64,000 nt of DNA from positions 348,011-412,010 of the forward strand of contig NW_003314324.1 in assembly GCF_000143415.4 (NCBI RefSeq), read 5' to 3'. This document shows positions 54,299 to 64,000 of the stretch, piece by piece. Made by a program: the position numbers and the translations under genes. This DNA comes from Selaginella moellendorffii (Eukaryota; Plantae; Lycopodiophyta). Each line of letters starts with the position of its first letter. Position 1 is the first letter of the stretch. The notes beneath the pieces were generated by a model. That model was not told where the DNA came from. It saw nothing but the letters and a program-made list of their open reading frames with translations, and did no database searches.

Positions 54299-56458
54299 TC
54301 AGGACAGGGCTAGGGTTTTTGGGGAGCACGGGGGCAGGGGCTTGCCGCAGAGCCCCGGATTGGCGGCGAAGTTGTCCGGGTCCATGTCGATGAGCGGCTG
54401 TCCGCTAGGTATGGCGCCAGTGAGCTGGTTGTGGGAGACATTCAAGTTGACCAGGTTCTTGAGCGCTAGGAATTCCACTGGAATCTTGCCGGTCAAGCGG
54501 TTCTGGGCGAGGTTCAGCCTCAACACGCTCGTGAGATTGCCGAGGCTGGGAGGGATGGTGCCAGTGAGCGCGTTGTCGTCCAGGTAGAGCTCTGTGACTT
54601 GGGTCAGCTGGCCAAGCTCTGGTGGGATTTCCCCAGTGATGCGGTTGGAGCTGAGGCTCAGCACTGCGACGTCGCTGACTTGGGTCATCGGGATCTTGCC
54701 GAACCAGCTCGGGATGGCTCCTGTGAGCTGGGAGTGGTCAAGCAGGAGGAAGGAAACTTGGGGGAGCGTCGACAGTCCTTCGAGAGCATGAAAGCTGAGA
54801 TTGTTGTGGTGGAGTCCGAGGTAGTAGAGCGCTCCTTTTCCCATGTTGCTCAAGTCTTCCGGTACTCCCGTAAGGAAGTTGTCCCGCAGCTCCAAATACC
54901 TCAGCTTGGGGAGTGTTTTTCCAAAGCTGTCTGGAAGTTTTCCTTGGAGCTTGTTGGACTCGAGGTAGAGATGCTTGAGGCTGGAGATTCGTCCCAATGA
55001 ATTGGGCAAAGCTCCGGTGATGGAGTTGAAGGAGAGGTCGATCTCGCATGTCAGGTCGTCGGGGTGTACCTTGAGGTTGATGCTTCCAAACCAGGAAGGT
55101 ATTGGCCCTTGAAGCTTGCAGTCGCGGAGAGAGATCGTTGAGAGCTCCGGGAGTGTTGTCAGCCCGGAGATGGCGTCAAAGCTCGTGATATCATTGTAGT
55201 CAAGGCGGATGACTTGCAAGCTGGTAAGGTTGGCCATGTTGGTGGGAAGCCCAGTGAGTTTGTTCATTGACAACTGCAACGTTTTGAGGTTTTTGAGGCC
55301 CCCTTGAGCAAATCCTTCTGGGATCCTGCCACTCAATGAGTTGGACGAGACATCGAGGCTGACAAGTTTGATAAGTTGGCCGAGAGAACTTGGTATTTGT
55401 CCGGTAAGCCGACCGCGAGCCAACGAAAGTTCTTCCAGGGAAGAGAGCTGACCGAAAGAGCTTGGAATGGAGCCACGGATACTGTTGCCAGACAGGTCCA
55501 GTACTTTGAGCTTCTTGAGGTTGCCGAGCGTGTCAGGGAATCGTCCAGCGACGGCGGTGCCTGATATCTTCAGCGTCTCTAAGCTGGCAAGGTTGCCTAG
55601 CGATGGAGGAATGGAGCCGGACAGCATGGTGACACTTAAGTCGAGATACTCCAAGTTTTGGAGGTCGCCGAGGCTCTTCGGAATGGATCCTGTGAGCTGG
55701 GAAATGCGCGAGAGATCGAGACGTTGGAGGCTTTTCAGCTCCCCCAAAGACGAAGGAATGGAACCTGTGAGCTTGGAAGAGTCCGAGAGATCGAGCTGCT
55801 CAAGGCTTTTCAGTTTCCTCAAGAAGGAAGGAATGGAGCCCGTGAACCAGCTTCCTTGGAGATTTAAGACAGTGAGATTCTCAAGGTTGACGAGGAACGA
55901 AGGAATGCTGCCGGCAGACGCATCAGCTCTTTCCAGGATGAGCTTCCTCAAGCTGGTAAGTTTTCCAATAAGCGATGGAAACGGTCCTTCGAATCTATAA
56001 CCTGACAGATCCAGTATTTGCAGCGTGAATGCGAGCTGAGCAAGAGACGATGGCAGCGGTCCGGAGAAGAAGAAGTTCCCGCCCAAGTCGAGAACTTCCA
56101 GTCGAAGTAGCTTACCAAAGGTGGAAGGTATCGGACCGTTCATACCATTGCCGCGGACGTTGAGAGCGCGGAGATGAGTGAGGCTTCCCAGCTCCGGAGA
56201 CAGCGTACCTGTTAGTCCTACGGATTCCAGGTTGAGCTCGCTCACCCGTCCGCTAGCTCCGTCGCATTTGACACCAGGCCAGGCACAGCAGCTGGATTCC
56301 TGGGTCCAGTTGGTGAGCAGCTTACTCCGAGTCTCGTCGGCATTTTTGAAAGCCAGCAATGCCTTCTCGTCTTCGCTGTTGCAGGATGCCGCAGTGGTGC
56401 CGTGAGCGAGGAGTGAAACGAGGAAGGCAATAAGAAGTGTTCTAGACATCGCAAACAC
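54299..56458 (-). CDS. Large secreted LRR-only protein (PGIP/RLP-like, no TM or kinase), 719 aa, intronless
   Basis: Signal peptide; LRRNT cap (C...EKALLAFK...W....CCAWPGVKC); >20 plant extracellular LRRs; C-cap NPGLCGKPLPPC, then stop. Confidence 0.9.
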   Translation of the reverse strand: MFAMSRTLLIAFLVSLLAHGTTAASCNSEDEKALLAFKNADETRSKLLTNWTQESSCCAWPGVKCDGASGRVSELNLESVGLTGTLSPELGSLTHLRALNVRGNGMNGPIPSTFGKLLRLEVLDLGGNFFFSGPLPSSLAQLAFTLQILDLSGYRFEGPFPSLIGKLTSLRKLILERADASAGSIPSFLVNLENLTVLNLQGSWFTGSIPSFLRKLKSLEQLDLSDSSKLTGSIPSSLGELKSLQRLDLSRISQLTGSIPKSLGDLQNLEYLDLSVTMLSGSIPPSLGNLASLETLKISGTAVAGRFPDTLGNLKKLKVLDLSGNSIRGSIPSSFGQLSSLEELSLARGRLTGQIPSSLGQLIKLVSLDVSSNSLSGRIPEGFAQGGLKNLKTLQLSMNKLTGLPTNMANLTSLQVIRLDYNDITSFDAISGLTTLPELSTISLRDCKLQGPIPSWFGSINLKVHPDDLTCEIDLSFNSITGALPNSLGRISSLKHLYLESNKLQGKLPDSFGKTLPKLRYLELRDNFLTGVPEDLSNMGKGALYYLGLHHNNLSFHALEGLSTLPQVSFLLLDHSQLTGAIPSWFGKIPMTQVSDVAVLSLSSNRITGEIPPELGQLTQVTELYLDDNALTGTIPPSLGNLTSVLRLNLAQNRLTGKIPVEFLALKNLVNLNVSHNQLTGAIPSGQPLIDMDPDNFAANPGLCGKPLPPCSPKTLALS

Positions 56459-57599
56459 AATGACGATACGAGGTACACAAAGAGGCTCACTCTCTATTTA
56501 CGTAGGACTGCGCACTGTGAGGGAAGAAAGGATGGATGAAAATGGGAGAGCGTCCAAAGGGACTTAAACTATGATAGATCAAGGATTGCGCAGAATTTTT
56601 CCTTCTTTCTCACTTCCCCATGCTTCTTAGTTGCACTAGTCCTTGGTTTTCGTGTTTTATTACTGCCTGGCTGACAAGCCTTTCACTACTTGACAACTCA
56701 CAAGGCATACCATGTTCGTGCCAGGGCATAGCCAAGAAAGAAGTATTTTTTGACGAATTGACCATTGTACTGACCGAGTGTGCCTGCTAAGTACATGAAT
56801 CTCTCAGCTGACACACTGAAAAAGTCACGTACACGATTTTCACGCTTGGTCGTCCTGATCCAGACATCACTTTGTATCTTGGAACGTAGTTAGTGGAGGC
56901 CACAGTGGAGGAGGCTGTGGTGGAGGGGAGGTGACTAAAATGATCTCTTAGATCTCAATATGTACAGGAATTTTGTTTGCGAGCTTGTGTAATTGTTTGC
57001 TAATAACAACGCATAGACATAATTAATACATAGCATGAAGGCAGTGGCAGTCAACAAACAACTAAGGTAATGGCTTTTGAGATGTGTTCCATCCCAAGGT
57101 CTGCAATACTAAGAGAGATGTTTTATATGCAATAACAAGCACTTGAAATATCTTATATAAGGAAAGTGTAATTGTTATGACTGCTCATGATGAGCATCTG
57201 ACAGTAATCTACAAGCTAAGGTTAATGTACAATTTCATATGATCGTCATGAATCTCTTGAATAGCTTTTTCCTTGACTTTCCATCTTTTATATATCTAAT
57301 GGTAATGTGGGGACCTTCATTTAACATTAGTGTCCCATGCTTCTGGTAAACAACTCTATATTGATTCTTATGTTTCTTAGTTGGGCACAAATAAATTATA
57401 AAAAAATTTATCATTACTTCTTGGCTTGATTGGTGCCTCCATTTGGGGCCCCATGTTCCATATCCTTCAAAAGCGGGACGTTATCCAAGCTCCAGACCAT
57501 GAAAAGATGGTGAGGGTTGGCCACAGTGGCACATTAGTTAATAGTCATGAATTTTTATTTTTAATTTTTTTGCCATGCCTTGGGATGAACATGGTGAGA

Positions 57600-60705
<3,106 letters not shown>

Positions 60706-60976
60706 GAGCGATGGCTGAAAGATCATCTTGTCTCACAAGGTAAGCTTTTCTTTCTTTTCTTCAGTTGCTTGAAAGCTTTGTCTTTGTAGGTGATCTTGCC
60801 AAGGAAAGGAGCGACAGGATTTGGATCTGGAGAAGATGACGATCAAGTTTGAAGGTAGAGTTTGGTTTGGTTTGTAGGGAATAAGTGGTGGTGCTCTCGC
60901 TTGTGTAGCTAGATTTCTCTTTCGTTTTTGCTCTATAAGTTTGAAGGTTTGCTATTTTGCATTGCTGACAGCGGTA

Positions 60977-61131
60977 GCACCAGGGTGCTTGTCCGTCTCA
61001 GGGACAGGGTGAGAGAGTCCCTTTGCACCTGAACAGGTTAACACCTGCGTAGATTCTCGCTCGGAACAAAACTTTGATCCTCGTGCGCGCGATCTACACC
61101 TGCAAAACAGCACAAGCAGCACGCTCCCTAC
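60977..61131 (+). pseudogene. Broken TPP riboswitch: mutated 5' part (60977-61052) with the 3' strand and acceptor inverted (61052-61131)
   Basis: GCACCAGGGTGC...GGGTGAGA...CCTGCGTAG is followed by the reverse complement of the normal downstream 80 nt. Confidence 0.9.
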
Positions 61132-61614
61132 ATCAATCGATGATCGCTTCAATTATCCAAGGTATGTGGTTCCATCCGTCGAGATCTTGCTTTTTCTTGG
61201 ATTCTTTCTAGTTCCAGCGTTTTTATTCTTCGTATTATGTCCTTTCTAACTAGTTCGGTCACTAAATATTGTACGGCAAGAAAATGCCAAGGATGTAAAA
61301 CAGGAATGAATGAATGAATATGATTATTTTCCATGCGCAAAAATCGGTGTAAGCAATGTAAGATTGTCACCTTTTACATTCTCATAGTTTCCACGATCTC
61401 TCAAGCAAAGAACATCTTTTACATTGCATACCTAGCTCTTTCGTTTTGCTAGAATTGTATATAAAGGGTACACAACCTAGCAGCGTACAGGTACCAATAT
61501 AAAGAATTGTATATATATTTGCGCCATACCGTATAGCGTACAGGTACCAATGTAAAAGAGCGCATATTATCTTGTCATTCTTTTTCTCAGGTGAACTTAC
61601 AAACATATGTTAAC

Positions 61615-62215
61615 GCCCTTGCCGCAGAGCCCCAGATTGGCGGCGAAGTTCTCGCTGCTAGGTATGGCGCAAGTGAGGTGGTTATGGGAGACGTTCAAGT
61701 AGTTCAGGTTCTGGATGGTGGGATTTTCCCAGTGATGCGGTTGGAGCTGAGGCTCAACACTGCAACGTGCGACGAGGTCGATCCGGAAAAGAAGTTCCCT
61801 TCCACGTCGCGAACTTTCAGCTGACGCAGCTTAACCAAAGGCATCCATGTCATCGTGGACGCTGAGAGTCCGGAGCTGAGAGAGCGTACTCAGCAATCCA
61901 GCTGCTGTGCCTGGTCTGGTGTCAAATGCGACAGAGCTAGCGGACGTGTGAGTGAGCTCAAGCTGGGATTAAGAGGTCCATTTGGTAAGCAGGTTACTCC
62001 GATGCACGTCTGCACTTTAAAAAGCCACTAATGCCTTCTCGTCTTCGCTGTTGCAGGATGCCGCAGTGGTGCTGTGAACAAGGAGCGAAACGAGTAAAAC
62101 AACGAGAAGTGTTCAAGACATTGCAAGGGAACCCACAAGCCAATGATGATACGAGGTAATCTAAGAGGCTCACTCTCTATTTACGTTATAGGAGAGAACA
62201 CGCACTGTGAGGGAC
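61615..62215 (-). pseudogene. Collapsed, rearranged remnant of the secreted LRR gene (C-cap, pieces, signal-peptide region and promoter)
   Basis: Matches 54340-54450, 54620-54670 and 56310-56525, with large deletions and a locally inverted piece near 61910-61965. Confidence 0.75.
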
Positions 62216-62545
62216 GAAAGAGCTTCAAAGGTACTTATACTAAGAAGTCCTGCTGCTTATCTTCATGTTCTCATTGCAGTCGTTTCTTGGCCTTTGTGTT
62301 TGTTTGCTGGCGGCGTTCCCGCACTGAGAATGACACTGTTCAATTGGTGGCCAGGAGGTTAACTTTTAGTTCCAAGTTCAATGGTTCTTACACACTCTCC
62401 AGGTGATTACTTTACAACTAACAAGGTACACCATGTTTGTAAGGAATTTTTTTCCTGATAGGGGGGGCTCCATGATAGCTTCATATGCATGCACGCAAGG
62501 CAACGAAATGCAGGCCGTCGATTCTCAAAACTCTTCTCTTTGTAT

Positions 62546-64000
62546 TCATCGTGGCCGCACAAAGGCAGAAGGCATGAAAACTAAAAGTCCCGCCATCTTC
62601 ATGACAGAGCTGGGGGAGCGCTTGCCACAGAGCCCCGGATTGGCGGCAAAGTTCTCCGGATCCATGTCGATGAGCGGCTCTCCGCTAGGTATGGCGCCAG
62701 TGAGCTGGTTGTGGGCAACATTCAAGTAGTTCAGTTTCTTGAGCGTCAGGAATTCCACTGGAATCTTGCCGGTCAGGCGGTTCCTGGCAAGGTCGAGCCT
62801 CTGCAAGCTCGTGAGCTTGGCGAGGCTGGGAGGGATGGCGCCAGTGAGCGCGTTGTCATCCAGGTAGAGCGCCGTGAGTTGGGTCAGCTGACCAAGCTCT
62901 GGTGGGATTTCCCCAGTGATGCGGTTGGAGCTGAGGCTTAGCACTGCGACGTCGCTGACGACGTCTTTGGCGTTTTGGGCCATTGGGATCTTGCCGAGCC
63001 AGCTCGGGATGGCTCCTGTGAGCTGGGAGTGGTCGAGCGCGAGGAAGGAAACTTGGGGGAGTGTGGTCAGTCCTTCGAGAGCCTGAAAGCTGAGGTTGTT
63101 GTAGTTGAGTCCGAGGTGGTACAGCGTTCCTTTTCCCATGTTGCTCAAGTCTATCGGGACTCCCGTAAGGAAGTTGTCGCGCAGCTCCAGATACCTCAAC
63201 TTGGGGAGAGTTTTTCCAAAGCTGTCTGGAAGTTTTCCTTGGATCTTGTTGGACTGGAGGAAGAGGTGCTTGAGGTTGGAGATTCGTCCCAAGGAATTGG
63301 GCAAAGCTCCGGTGATGGAGTTGAAGGAGAGGTCGATCTCGCATGTGAGCTCGGGGTGTTCCTTGAGGTTGATGCTTCCAAACCAGGAAGGTATTGATCC
63401 TTGGAGCTTGCAGCCGCTGAGAGAGATCGTTGAGAGCCCTGGGAGTGTTTTCAGCCCGGAGATGGCGTCAAAGCTAGTGATATTATTGTTATCAAGTTAT
63501 CAAGCTGCTAAGGTTGGCCATGTTAGTGGGAAGCCCAGTGAGGTTGTCCATCGAAAGCTGCAGCCTTTTGAGGTTTTTGAGCCCTTGAGCAAAACCATCT
63601 GGAATACGACTCGACAGCTGGCTTGCCGAGGCCCAGATTGGAGAGAAGGCCTAGAGACTAGGGGATGCTGCCGCTGAATGAGTTGGACGAGATATCCAGC
63701 TTGACAAGTTTGCTAAGACGGCCGAGAGAACTCGGTATTTGTCCGGTAAGCCCAGCGCCAGACAGCCAAAGTTCTTCCAGGGAAGCGAACTGGCCGAAAG
63801 AGCTCGGAATGGGGCCATGCATACCTCTGTTGAAAGAAAGGTCCAGTACCTTGAGCTTCTTGAGGTTGCCGAGCGTGTCGGGGCATCGTCCAGCGACGTT
63901 GGTGCCTGATATCTTCAACGTCTCAAAGCTGGCAAGCTTGCCTAGCGATGGAGGAATGGAGCCGGACAGCATGGTGACACTTAAGTCGAGATACTCCAAG
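62546..64000 (-). pseudogene. Paralog of the secreted LRR gene, frame-disrupted, running off the window end
   Basis: Collinear with 54299-55655; frame broken around 63485-63665; altered C-terminus. Confidence 0.72.

Overview
Eukaryotic nuclear DNA from a compact land-plant genome. GC-rich exons, 50-90 bp introns and S-motif-rich PPRs suggest the lycophyte Selaginella; this is inference only. About 15 apparently intact genes are interleaved with AT-rich decayed transposon DNA: MAKR/BKI1-like protein, cytochrome b561, B12D, UDP-Gal/Glc transporter, SKU5-like oxidase, STOP1-like zinc finger, SHI/STY factor, secreted tandem-DUF3455 protein, CYP704-like P450, LDAH-like hydrolase, bacterial-type apolipoprotein N-acyltransferase (Lnt)-like protein, PLS-type PPR, intronless IWS1-like gene, THIC with a 3'-UTR TPP riboswitch, miR156/529-targeted SPL, and a long secreted LRR protein. 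The right third of the window is a duplication hotspot. The LRR-remnant/IWS1/THIC block occurs three times, and one copy forms a ~3 kb inverted repeat around SPL. Both extra THIC copies have lost the riboswitch by different events: a ~400 bp deletion and an 80 bp micro-inversion. The most notable items are the intron-containing Lnt-like gene with an intact E-K-C triad, the double-DUF3455 gene with a GC-AG intron, and the riboswitch architecture (aptamer wholly intronic, duplicated donor 12-mer). Exon boundaries were read by eye, and no database searches were run.
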